Notes under the pieces: generated by a model
Seen by the model: only the letters and a program-made list of their open reading frames with translations
What the model was told of the DNA's origin: nothing
The model's database searches: none
In this document: piece after piece, positions 41,171 through 53,624 of the stretch
Numbering within the stretch: the first letter of the stretch is position 1
Layout of the letters: every line of letters starts with the position of its first letter
Assembly (NCBI RefSeq): GCF_006345805.1
Contig: NC_043003.1
Span: 70,122,001 to 70,186,000, forward strand
DNA length: 64,000 nt
Source: Octopus sinensis
Taxonomy: Eukaryota
Reading direction: 5' to 3'
Position numbers and translations under genes: made by a program

Positions 41171-41388
41171 GTAAGTTTGATCTATGCTGACATTATGAGT
41201 CACCCCCCCCCACACGCACCCACTTACACACTCATGCACATAGCTGTGTGGCTAAAAAACCTTGGAACCTTATGATTTAAGATTCAGTCCCACTGCATGG
41301 CATTTTGGGCAAGTATCTTCCCCTATAACCTGGGGTCAACCAATGTCTTGTGAACGGATTTGGTTGAAAGAAACTGTATGGAAACCTG

Positions 41389-41426
<38 letters not shown>

Positions 41427-41654
41427 GCATGTCTTTCTGTTTGTGTTTATCTTCCCACCACAAATTTTAGAGATAAGCATTGTTGATTCATTCATTCCAA
41501 AACTTCGCTTGTAGATATTGAACCAGCCGTAATGGATGATCTCCAAAGTTGCCTGTGGTATAATTTTTTAAACTTAGAATGCAATATAACAAAATTCTTC
41601 TAAGTATTTTCTCCTTTGTACTTCCAATTTTGCATTCCTCTACTCTTAACTAAT

Positions 41655-41689
<35 letters not shown>

Positions 41690-41695
<6 letters not shown>

Positions 41696-42780
41696 GGGAA
41701 GAATTTGGAGCATGCAAGCAGTAATAGTTGTGCCTATAATAATTGGTGCGTTGGGAACAGTAAACCAAGATATAGACAAATGGCTGAAGGAGATTGTATT
41801 AGAATGCCCAGTAGAGTTCCAAAAGAAAGTTTGTCTCTTAGGGACAGCAAGGATTATCAGGAGGATTCTAAGCACTTGAAAGACAGCTGAAAACTAGTGG
41901 ATACCTAAACTTACAGGTAGTAACCTGCTACCCACATAATTCTTAACAGGAATAAGACCGAACCTGAGCTAAACTAAAAAAAAAAAATAATAATAATAAT
42001 AAGAAGAAGAAGGAACTACCAGGCCAACATATTAAAGAATGGCAGCTTCTCAACATGTCATGTATGTCAACAACAAAATGAAACCATTGATCATGTTGTC
42101 TCTAAGTGCAGTCTTCTTGCGCCTACAGAGTATCTCAACAGGCATGATAGAGCTGCACAATATATTCACTGGGTAATTTGCAAAAACCTGGACTTGCCCT
42201 ATGATAAAAACTGGTGGGAACACAAACCATCTCCAGTGCTTGAAAATGATCACATCTCACTCCTCTGGAACTTCACCATTTAAACTGACAGAAAGATAGA
42301 TGCAAATAGGCCAGACGTCATATTGAAAGACTTCAGACAAAAATCATGCTTCCTCTTTTGATATGACTGTCTCAATCGATATAATGTATAAAGATCTTGA
42401 AATAGAAATTAGCAAAATGTGGGACCTGAAGACTAAAACAATACCTGTTATCATAGGTGCCCTGGGAATGATAGCAAAAGGGGCTGATTGCTACCTAGCT
42501 CAGATACCAGGAAACCCCAAAATGGCAAAAATTCAAAAGATAGTGCTCATGGGAACTGCCCATGTCCTACGCAAAATACTTTCTATGTAATCTCAAGTTT
42601 TAAAACAAACACATAATTTTCTTATGGTTTCTTAAGCAACACTATGTACAAAACCAAATATATGGCACCCTAGGCATAACACCAACATGAACTTCTAACT
42701 TGTTGTCTTTTGAGGTCTATGGGTGAGCCAACTTGTACAAATGTAAAGCAAAAGTCAAACATAAAATAATAATAATAATA
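41690..42780 (+). mobile_element. Two tandem R4/Dong-clade 3' fragments bounded by (TAA)n
   Basis: CCHC knuckle CHVCQQQNETIDHVVSKC, RHD, RPDVILKD endonuclease motif, and IPVIIGALG...VLMGTAHVLRKIL; TAA tracts at 41652-41690, ~41990 and ~42765. Confidence 0.85.
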
Positions 42781-44336
42781 ATGATTTCTAACTTAAGTTT
42801 ATACCAACAAATTCTGGGAAGAATGTAGTCTGTTAAATCGACCACACAACTCGACTAATACAACTGATATTTTAATTTTCATCGACTCTTGAATGGGAAG
42901 AAGAAGTAAAGCTGACCAGGAGAGGACTTCAAAACATAAAGGGAGGTAATAGTTGTGTTGCACTTATCAGCAAGGGACATAACTCTGTCAGTCAGGTTTC
43001 TCTTTTTTTTTTTACAGACAGACCAGTGTCTTTGAATCATTTCTTTACTTATGTACCCCTTCGATTGCTATTTTACTCTGGTGGACCCCACCAAAACCAT
43101 TTGATATTAAAGACTAATTTTATAGATACTTCTTTCACAGTTCCTATTATGTCTTTCACCCATTCACTTGTGCCAGTTTGCAATAACACTCTCTGAGGGA
43201 ATGTTTCAGTAATTGGAAACATGTTGAACTGTGTAAAGTATTAGAGAAAGAAACATAATTGTTTCTCACAATAAATACGCCTGAATCCCTAAAAACGGTG
43301 CAGACCCCCAATTTACTATTTTGCTGTGTGGGGGTGGGGGTGGAGGAGTTTATCCCGTTTGTGAACCGCTGATTGTTGATCGTAAATGTTTAAGAAGGAA
43401 ACCAGCAGTGGTATAACTTGAGTGTGTGCCACATGGGGCAGTTTTTGAGTTTACTGCCTCCCTTCCTCAGGTCTTACAGCCTATATAAGCTTATACAGTA
43501 GATTTGAAAGTGCCGTGCCCCTTTCGGCCTCTTCCCTAGCTATGTTACTGGAAGCAAGCTGTTAAGACAGCTGCTTTTGCAAAGAATTCTCTCCTCTCTT
43601 ATTGAAAAAAAAAATTTGTTTGCAGAAAATCAAGGCCAAAACAGAAAAATAAATGACTCAGAAAGTGACAACTCTCAGAGTTTAGACTGCGGCCATGCTG
43701 GGGCACAGCCTTGAAGAATTTTTAGTTGAATGTATTGACTCTAGTCCTTACTTTTTTAGAAAATTGGTACTTATTCTATGGACTCTGTTTGTCAAACCGT
43801 TAAATTACAAGGACTTAAATCTATACCTGTTGTCAAGCAGTGGTGGTGGTAGGGGACAAACACAGACACGAAGATATACACATGCATATGTGTGTGTGTG
43901 TGTGTGTATACACGATTGGCTTCCTTCAATTTCTTCCTATGAAATCCATTCACAAGGCTTTGCTTGGCTCGTGACTATTGTACAAGATGACACTTGGCCA
44001 AGGTGTCATGGGAATTTCGTTTATAGTCCTTTCTATGTTTAACCTTTTAGCATTCAGATTACTCCATCAAATGTAATATTTGTAAATTTACATTATTTTT
44101 GAATTATATATTATTTTGTAGCTTTTATATTTCAACTATATGACTCTTTACTTTAGGTATGACATTGTAGGGTAGATGTAAAAGGCCAGATCTGGTTAGC
44201 TTGGGCATAAAACAGGAAGGATATTACGACCGGATATTACAGCTGGTTTAAATGCTAAAGGTTTAAACATTGATTTGGTTGATTGAACTTAACCTGGTGA
44301 AAAATAAATGTTTTTTTGTTTTATGTGTGTATTTAG

Positions 44337-44593
44337 GAAGAATCTGTTGCCGAAATAAACCCGGCATCAGATATGGAAGAAACTATGGAAGAAGGTGAAG
44401 TTAGCAATGGCTGTGGAATGATGCAATTAGAAAATAGCAGCAATGGCTTCAGCAACAACAACAACAACAACAACAACAGCAGCATTGTCAATGAAAACAA
44501 CAATAACACTTTTCATCATCAACAACTTCAGCAACAACAGACTTTGCTTCATGTGATGAAACTACATTCGTCCAGGACCCTAAACACAATGAG
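44337..44593 (+). CDS. Gene A coding exon 3 (acidic, poly-Asn; apparent 1-nt frame break)
   Basis: TTTAG| acceptor and GAG|GTAAAA donor. Phase-0 entry reads EESVAEINPASDMEETMEEGEVSNGCGMMQLENSSNGFSN8SSIVNENNNNT; matches track ORF 44373..44597. Length is 257 nt (3n+2), but the next exon reads best from phase 0. Confidence 0.7.
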
Positions 44594-44775
44594 GTAAAAT
44601 ATCAGACTTTATCAATTGTTTTTACTTTATCAAATGTGTAAAGGCATAGTTTTGGTGTGTCATGGTTTGACCTTTCTTTGTAGAGAAAGCTTATCCACAA
44701 TCAGCTAGTTCCTCCTCCTCCTCCCTCTCCCCTCCCTCTCCCCTCCCCTCCTCCCACCACCACCACCATCACCAT

Positions 44776-44806
<31 letters not shown>

Positions 44807-46723
44807 ATCGTTTAACGTCCATTTTCCATGCTGGCACGGGTTGGACAGTTCGACTGGGGTTTGGGAAGCCAGGTGGCTGCACCAGTCTCCAATCTGATCT
44901 GGCAGTGTTTCTACAGCTGGATACCCTTCCTAATGCCAACCACTCCGAGAGTGTGGTAGGTGCTTTTTATGTGTCACCAGCACAGGGGCTAGAGGGGGCT
45001 GGCATCGACTACGTTCGGATGGTGCTTTTACATGCCACTGGCATGAGAGCCAGTCAAGGTGGTGCTGGCATTAGCCATGTTCGGATGGTGCCTTTTACAT
45101 GTCACCGGCACAGGTGCCAGTTGGGGCGAGGGGGCTGGCATCGACCATGTCAATATCACGAAACCAGAATTCTTTTAACTAAATTTCAGGTCGAAATACG
45201 AGCTTGTTATGGAATCCTTCCCGAGTTATATAGACTCATAGGGGCCAGTTTCCTGGATTCTGTGGAATATAATGTATTCTATCAGATAGGATGTCACTCC
45301 ATCAATATTGCCAGTTGAGTGAACTGGAGCAATGTGTAATGAAGTAACTTGCTCAAGAAACAATGTGTTGTCTGGTCCAGGAATTAAATCCACAATTTTA
45401 GGATGGAAACAACATTTGAGTGTGGTTGTTGCCAGTGCCGCTGGACTGGCTCCCGTGCTGTTGGCACATAAAAATCACCATTTGAGCATGGTCGTTGCCA
45501 GTGCCACCAGACTGGCTCCTGTGCAGGTGGCATGTAAAAAACACCTTTTGAGCGTGGTCGTTGCCAGTACTGCCTGACTGGCCTACGTGTCGGTAGCACG
45601 TAAAAGCACCCACTACACTCTTGGAGTGGTTGGCATTAGGAAGAGGATCCAGCTGTAGAAACTTTGCCAGATCAGACTGAGTGAGCCTGGTGCAGCCTTC
45701 TGGCTCAACAGTCCTCAGTCAAACCATCCAACCTATGCCAGCATGGAAAGCGGATGTTAAACTACGACGATGAGGATGATGACTCCAATGCTGTAACCAT
45801 TAATCCATGCACCTTCTCAAGTTTGTTATAGCTGCCATTAATTTGAAGAGCGAGAAGAGACTGATGGCTTACAACTATTTTAGGAATTACTTAAAATGAT
45901 ATGATGTACACATTAACGGCTGGTTGTAGTAAATTGTATGGCTTTGTTGGTCAAGTAAAAATTTGTAAATTGCAAAATAAGGAAACTAAAAGAAGTTTTT
46001 TTTTCCTCTTTGAAATCATATTTTCACACACCTTTTAAATTCATAATTGTTCATATAAAAAAAAGAAAGAAGAGATATTCAAATCTCTTTGAAATTAAAA
46101 TATTTTCAATGGTTCTGGGGGACTTGTCATTTGATGAAGGGGGATTTAAAGAAAAAGTTTTATTAAAATAAAATCTTGTAACTTAATTTAATGCATTCTT
46201 TCATCATCGTCAATTAACATCCACTTTTCCATGCTTGCATGTGTCAGAAGAAATTTGTTGAGACTGAATTTTATGGTTGGATGCTTTTCCTGTTGCCAAT
46301 CTTCACCTGTTTCCAAGTTAAGTAATATTTTCCCATGGCTGGATGTGTTTTTCATCGTGATGATGATGGTGATGATGATGATAACGATGCTGATTTACAA
46401 TAATCATGTGATCTCTACTGATGAGTACACACACAAACTTCTTATAGGGGTTTGGTGAGCCTGAGGCTATAGTGGAAGATACTTGCTCGAAGTACTGTGT
46501 AATGGGACTGAACCCAAGACCACAGGGTTGGGAAGCAAGCCTCTTAACCACACAGCCATGTTTGCACTTTTAGATATAAGAACCCAATCCATTTTGGATG
46601 GAATCTGGTTCTTCCTTTTAGTTCCTTCCTTTCAGTAGGATTTACTTTGATTTAATATTCGACTAAAAAGATGTTTTCTTTTCTCTTTTAATTTGTTTAT
46701 TAATGTCTTTTTTTGTCTTGTAG

Positions 46724-46845
46724 CAGAATTCAGATTCTAAACCAAAGGAATCGTACCAAATACAGTCTGAGAGTTCATCATCTTCAACACCAACTTATTA
46801 TCAGAAATTTAATACCACTTTAGGGCCAGCAGATAGGTTCTGTGT
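46724..46845 (+). CDS. Gene A coding exon 4 (QNSDSKPKESYQIQSESSSSSTPTYYQKFNTTLGPADRFC)
   Basis: Polypyrimidine tract with TAGCAG tandem (NAGNAG) acceptor and GT|GTAAGT donor at 46846. Open in phase 0, ends in phase 2. Confidence 0.75.
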
Positions 46846-47504
46846 GTAAGTTTTGATTCTGTCTTCCTGTTATTATCTTGGTTTCAATCTCTTTTTGGTT
46901 TCCATAATACTGCTGTATATATATATATATATCATCATCATCGTTTAATGTCTGCTTTCCATGCAAGCATGGGTTGGACGGTTCGACTGGGGTCTGGGAA
47001 GCCAGGAGGCTGCACCAGGCTCCAGTCTGATCTGGCAGTGTTTCTACACCTGGATGCCCTTCCTAAAAGTAAAAGATGCCTAACTGTACATATACATACA
47101 TATATAAAATTAAAAAGTAAAAGACTCAAAAGGAAGAGTATGTACGGTTAGGCATCTTCTACTTTTTACTTTTTATTTTCACACACGAGGAATACTTAAG
47201 ACTAGAATTGGTAGCATACCATAAAAATACTACAAGCTATTTGGGAATTCTAAGGGTGAGCAAGCTCTATTTACAGAGCAGGATTGTAGGAGCACAAAAA
47301 AATACAAACTGTGCCAGTGCAGTACTGTGTAATGGGACTGAACCCAAGACCACAGGGTTGGGAAGTGCAGTCCCAGCAGACCTTCAGCAGAGCCTTCCAA
47401 GCAGGCATTGGACTGATTGGCTACAGCTGGACACACTGTGCCCTGTCTGTCTTCTATATGATGTCCTTGGTCATCGCCGACAACAAGCGATGAACTAATA
47501 ATAA

Positions 47505-47556
<52 letters not shown>

Positions 47557-47616
47557 TATATGGAAGCTTTGTTAAATATCTAATCTTCATTTTCCCGTTT
47601 TCTCTTTTTGTTGCAG

Positions 47617-47719
47617 AGGTGGTGCATTTGGCTACCAACTTGGGCTGAATCGTTCCTACTGCAAGCCCTCTTGGGACACTATAGCTGATATGAGGACTTA
47701 TGTGTCAGACTATTACTGA
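47617..47719 (+). CDS. Gene A terminal coding exon (V-GGAFGYQLGLNRSYCKPSWDTIADMRTYVSDYY*)
   Basis: Strong TTTTTGTTGCAG| acceptor. The phase-2 join to exon 4 gives 34 open codons to TGA at 47717-47719, followed by AT-rich UTR-like sequence. Confidence 0.75.
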
Positions 47720-49240
47720 GATTAAGTTGATGTTTAATTTTTTTTGTTGTAAATTTTTTTTTATTTTCTTTCATTCTTCATTTTATGTGACTCTTTGTTC
47801 ACACTTTCATTATTATTTTTATAAAATACCAGCTGATTATATTATAAATATCTCAAAGTTTTTTTTTTCCTCTTTGAAATCATATTTTCACACACCTTTT
47901 AAATTCATAATTGTTCATATAAAAAAAAAAGAAAGAAGAGATATCCAAATCTCTTTGAAATTAAAATATTTTCAATGGTTCTGGGGGACTTGTCATTTGA
48001 TGATGGGGGATTTAAAGAAAAAGTTGGAAGAAAAAAGTGGAAACACAACGACCGTCTGGTTAAGGTGCTGGAGACACATGCAAATGTTGCTGCAGTTGTT
48101 GTTCTCTGTCCTTGGACAAGAGACATTTTTTGTGTAAACTCCAGTCTTAGTAATTGACAACAGGTTCCCCATTCTTACTTCACAATTGTGTTGTGTATCA
48201 GCTGGTGTTGGAAGAGCACTAACTTCAACAATATGAAAAAAAGAATTGAAAAAAAAAAAAAAACAAACCCAGAAAGAAAAGAATTAATATTTCCAAAGAT
48301 CCAGCCCCACCTATATCTGTATGAAATGGTGGAGAGTAAAGGAGTTAAAGAAAAAAAAACTCGGAAAAGGAAGAAAAATGAAAAATAATTTTCTTTTCTT
48401 TTTTTTTTTAATTGGTTTGTATATTTATGTTTAAGAATCACAAATAGCTGAGTTGGTTAAGCATCAGCATTAATGGATTTTAGTCTCTTCCTGGCTCTGT
48501 AGAATGCTCAGTTAAGTTTGCCCAACTATAAATGAGCAATGAAGTTCAGTGTAGTTCCCTGCTGAAACCATTGACATCAATGTATAACTAATATAGTCAA
48601 GAGTGTCTTGTTAAGTTATAGTAATCACCTGATCAACCAGACTATCAGACGTTGTTATACCTCACTGGTCACAGTGCACTTTGCATCGTTTTTAGGCTTT
48701 CAAATGGTGCCATCCCACTGGTTAGGCAAGCCAGTCCATCACAGGGTCACCCATTCACAGCCGAGCAGACTGGAACAATGTGAAGTGAAGGGTTTTGCTC
48801 AAGAACTTTTAATATTCAACTCAAATGTTGTTTTGGTTTGGAGTGTGGGGGGTGGGTGGGGGTGGGGACGTCTTCAGATGAATACAAAAGAATTTATTGG
48901 ATTGTCTCCCTTCATGCTCACTCTATTCACCCCTCCCACCCACAACACATTTTTGTGTTTTACCAGTTGTTTGCTTTTAGTTTATTTAATTAGTATGTTT
49001 TTTTTTTCCCCGGCCTGTATCTTTTTTTTCTCTCTCTCTTTTTGTTTTCCTGTGCAAAAGGAAAAGAAAAAAATTGAACTCACTCAATTTCAGTAATTTT
49101 CTGCATTTGGGGGAAAAAAATTTATCAAAATGTGTTTCAATGTAAATAGATTCAAGCTGTCTATATAACAAATGTCTACAAGAAGAAAGACATTCGACAC
49201 ACCGTATACGACAGTGGAACTAGTTGAAAGTAAATAAAAA
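47720..49240 (+). other. Putative 3' UTR of gene A
   Basis: Largely TE-free unique sequence after the stop, ending near an AATAAA at ~49233. The end point is inferred. Confidence 0.4.
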
Positions 49241-49974
49241 GACATTTATATATGCCTTGAATCACTGTTGTTATTATTGTTGCAGCTGTTGTTGTTGTTA
49301 ATGTTCTTCTTCTCCTAATCAGGACTCATGCCATTAGTCACAAAGAATAATCTCTAATTCGAGCCTACTCTAAGCTACTAAGAATACGTGTGGCAACTTG
49401 AAGATCCACCCACCACAAGCAATAGACTGGCGGTTGCACGAGCGCGAAAGCTATGTTGTTATCCTCATTACATAAACGGTGGCGTTTAACGGATGGACAG
49501 CTGAACCATCCTGGGGTACAGAGGATTCACATTCTAGACTAGGGTCTGAAAGTTTACCACACCATAGTGGGTTACACCATGGTCCCTCTGCTTTGTGGCA
49601 GAAGTAGGAAGAAAGAGAGAGAAAGTTGTGTTGAAAGAATACAGTGGGGTTCGCCACCACCCCTGCCCGAGTCTCGTGGAGCTTAGGTGTTTTTGCTCAA
49701 TAAAAACTCACAATGCCTGGTCTGGGAATCGAAACCGCTGCTTTAACCACTGGTCCATTGCCCCTCCACTGCAGCTGTTGTTGTTGTTTACTCACAGATC
49801 AGTTGTGATCTGCTGGATTTATAATCAAAGACATTCCATTTATGACCATCCCAATCTTTTGTTTTTGTCATACAGTGTGTATCTAGGACAACATTAGCTA
49901 ATGTATATCCCCTTCTTAAAGGCAGCAGAGTATGATGTGACAGACAGACAGACAGACGTGGAGCAGAGAGAAGA

Positions 49975-50265
49975 CATGTCTTTGGTGTATTGGATAAGAG
50001 CTATTAGTCTTTGGATTCTAAGTTCAATCCCAGGCAGGGATTTCAAAAATAATATCAACAGAAAAATAACACCAGCAACTTATCTTAGGGATGAGAACAG
50101 TGTACCCCATTAGTCAAATAAAGGGTTGGGTTCAAAATTCTACCAGAACACCTGATGAAGGCTGGAGAGTACACCAGCCGAAACGTGATAACAACTAACA
50201 AGATGAGGACATTTGTCCGTCTATTGTAAATAGTGTACATAATTCCTCATCTCAGAAATATAGAA
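49975..50265 (+). mobile_element. Diverged copy of tRNA-headed hammerhead SINE
   Basis: Head TGGTGTATTGGATAAG...GTTCAATCCC, then CTGATGA (50152-50158)-A-GGCTGG/CCAGCC-GAAACGT, and the shared 3' tail GTACATAATTCCTCATCTC. Confidence 0.6.
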
Positions 50266-51762
50266 AAGTATTAGCTGAACTGGCGATGGTCTGAATATAT
50301 TTGTTCCAAGAGGGTACCAGGCCAGAAAGTTCATCAGAGCAATGGCCATGGATATACTTATAAGAATATGCCAGCTTTATGTTCAGTCTTCCCTGGAGAC
50401 TGAACATAAAGCTTAGGAGTACTCGGCCGTTTGTAGTAGTAGTTTGCTTATTAAAGTGCATCAGTTTCAGAAAGTGTTGAAACTACTGGTATGGACTTGC
50501 TCTGGAAGGTTTATTATCCACCCAATATCTGGTTTGGTTGTTGGGTAGCTCTTCATCCATTTATAAGCCTTTGGGTTTGCTTAGTTACCTGCTTCCCATC
50601 ACCTGTAAATTGGTTACGGGAATTGCAAAGGCTGGCACATTCAATCCTCAGAAGAGGAAAATGCAGTCTAGATTTGAAGTATGTTAAATTGTGATGAAAT
50701 TATGATCATCGAATTTGCTAGTAATATTGGAGTTGTCAATATCAGGGAAAGGAATGGAGTATATGCTTGAGGGTTTTGGACAAGAACCTAGTTAATTTAA
50801 CCTTTTAGCATTTAATCTGGTCCAAATATTGCATTGTTTTATGTTAAAACTGACCGCATCCAACCTGCCAACCACATGGTTCTAGGCTCAGTCCCACTGC
50901 ATGGCACCTTGGGCAAGTGTCTTCTACTATAGCCTCGGGCCGACCAAAGCCTTGTGAGTGGATTTGGTAGATGGAAACTGAAAGAAGCCTGTTAATATAT
51001 ATATGTGTGTGTGTGTGTGTGTTTGTATGTCTTGGGCAAGTGTCTTCTACTATAGCCTTGGGTCGACCAAAGCCTTGTGAGTGGATTTGGTAGACGGAAA
51101 CTGAAAGTAGCCTATTATATATATATGTATGTGTGTGTGTGTGTTTGTATGTCTGTGTTTGTCCCCCCCCCCACCATCACTTGACAACCGATGGTGGTGT
51201 CTTTACATCTCCCCGTAACATAGTGGTTTGGCAAAAGAGACCGATAGAATAAGTACTAGGCTTACAAATAATAAGTCCTGGGGTCGATTTGTTCGACTAA
51301 AGGCGGTGCTCCAGCATGGCCGCAGTCAAATGACTGGAACAAATAAAAGAATACCATTGAAATCTTGGAGCTACAACTTAAGTCAAAACAATGTGCATTT
51401 GACAAAGAAATCCAAATGCTAAAGGGTTTTCAATAATGCTGCTATGTTAAAGCTACAATCTCTTCAATTTTAAACTGGGTCCATTTTCCTGCCTTAATGA
51501 AATGGTAGAAAGTGGGGGTGTTTGTGATTTCTAGTGGTGAAATTTAACATGTTGGCTTTTATCTTTTATTTCTTTCAATCATTGGACTACAGCCATGCTG
51601 GGGCAACAGCTTGAAGGGCTTGGTCAAACAAACTGACCCAAGTGCTTATTTTTGTGAAGTCTGCTACTTATTCTGTTTGTTTCTTTTGCCAAACAATCAA
51701 GTTATAGAGACATAAACAAACCAACACCAGTTATCAAGCGATGGGCAGAATGACAGACAAAC

Positions 51763-51795
<33 letters not shown>

Positions 51796-51864
51796 ATCTA
51801 TCTATCTATCTATCTTCTATCTATCTATCTATCTCTATCTATCTATCTACCTATCTATCTATCT

Positions 51865-52014
51865 AAATGTGACCGCATGTGTAACATTGGCGATTTTTTT
51901 TCCTCTGTCTTCTCTTCTCTGGATCTTTCCTTCTCCTACGTTTCCGACGAAGAGCTCCGCTCGAAACGTTAAACCCTCCGTCTTTCCTTCTTTCCTGAGC
52001 GTCCAATAATACTA

Positions 52015-52015
<1 letters not shown>
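51865..52015 (+). mobile_element. Penelope-like terminal repeat fragment with minimal hammerhead-like motif (51940-51974), embedded in (TATC)n
   Basis: GTTT-CCGACGA-A-GAGC(TCC)GCTC-GAAA-CG-TT-AAAC. The core has C at position 4. Confidence 0.6.
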
Positions 52016-52052
<37 letters not shown>

Positions 52053-52658
52053 CCTATCTACCTACCTACTACCTACCTACCTATCTATCTACCTACCTAC
52101 CTACCTACCTACCTACCTACCTATCTATCTATCTAGCTATCTATCTATCTATCTATCTATCTATCTGTTTACTACAGGCTTCCACACAGTTTCCATTATC
52201 CTATTCACTAATAAACAATTGGCCAATCTGGGGCTATAGCAGAAGATGTGGGGCCCAAGGTGCCAAACTGGCAATAAAACAGACTTCTTAACAACTCTGC
52301 CTGTTTATATAATTTTATTTAGGAATCCTCCATGGTTAGACAACTGCCTAGTCAGATAATATCATAAGTACCACCACTTGGTATATAAGACATTAACTAT
52401 TTATTTTCTAATTATGCTAATTACGATATTGGTGAACTTTTTATATCGTATCGCGTTATTCTCACAAATCCCTGTATACTCGAACTTAACATTACTGCAG
52501 AATTATCTCCCTTGATCCGCACAAAATCAGGAAGACTCTCTCGGTTATCTGCTTTATTTTAGTTTGACTAACTTTAAAAACTCTTTAACGCTTTGCCTGC
52601 CAAAGGAGTCACTAATAACTTCTCTTGGTGATGATTTCTTTTTTTGTCACGGAGCCCC

Positions 52659-52830
52659 TCATTGTTGTGGTTCAAAACTACATCTTCTGAATTTTAGAAA
52701 AATCTCCAGAACCCAAATATCAGAAGGTTGCAAGCTCCAGTCATCTTCATCATCGGATCGCCTTGCCTTCCATAATTTTGGAGGGCGGTGGGGGGCGGGG
52801 AGGAAGCCATTAAGGCTTATGTGATATAAT
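52659..52830 (-). CDS. Candidate terminal exon of small gene C (LYHISLNGFLPAPHRPPKLWKARRSDDEDDWSLQPSDIWVLEIFLKFRRCSFEPQQ*)
   Basis: TATATTTCAG| acceptor, 57 codons in phase 2, unique CpG-rich sequence, and downstream AATAAA signals on the minus strand (~52558, ~52405). Confidence 0.35.
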
Positions 52831-52947
52831 CTGAAATATAATCTTTATCTTTTACTTGTTTCAGCCATTAGACTGTGGCCATGCTGGGGCACCGCATGGT
52901 TCAGTCGAATGAATCAACTCCTGTGCTTTTTTTTTTATAGCCTGGTT

Positions 52948-53112
52948 GGCGTAGGAGTGGCTGTGTGGTAAGTAGCTTGCTTACCAACCACATGGTTCCG
53001 GGTTCAGTCCCACTGCGTGGCACCTTGGACAACTGTCTTCTACTATAGCCTCGGGCCGACTAAGGCCTTGTGAGTGGATTTGGTGGACGGAAACTGAAAG
53101 AAGCCCGTCGTA

Positions 53113-53155
<43 letters not shown>

Positions 53156-53386
53156 ATGTATGTGTGTATATATATATATGTGTGTGTCTGTGTTTGTCCC
53201 CCCAACATCGCTTGACAACTGATGCTGGTGTGTTTACGTCCCCGTAACTTAGCGGTTCGGCAAAAGAGAACGATAGAATAAGTACTAGGCTTACAAAGAG
53301 TAAGTCCTGGGGTCGATTTGCTCGACTAAAGGCGGTGCTCCAGCATGGCCGCAGACAAATGACTGAAACAAGTAAAAGTGTAAAAG
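52948..53386 (+). mobile_element. tRNA-headed CORE-like SINE family A, full-length copy (others: 20297-20700+, 31461-31935-, 10536-10920-, 50867-51350+, 60204-60618+, 63447-63918+)
   Basis: Head TGGCTGTGTGGTAAG..GGTTCAGTCCC, CORE-like GGCACCTTGGGCAAGTGTCTT, central (TA/TG)n, and (GTAAAAGA)n tail. Confidence 0.85.
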
Positions 53387-53473
53387 TGGTATTCATTCTG
53401 TCAGTTTTTTTTTGCTGAACTGTTATGCTGTGTGTGTGTGTGTGGGGGGCATACAGATACAAATACGCACGCG

Positions 53474-53520
<47 letters not shown>

Positions 53521-53624
53521 ACAGACACACACACACACACGCACGGACGCACACAGACACACAGACACACAGACACACACTCATACACATACACGTCATC
53601 GTTAACATTGCAGGTAAGACTGTG

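Noticed and set aside
52803-52830. YHISLNGFLP loosely resembles octopus GnRH (QNYHFSNGWHPG)
   Set aside because: Key residues (pGlu, W, PG-GKR amidation signal) are absent; not GnRH.
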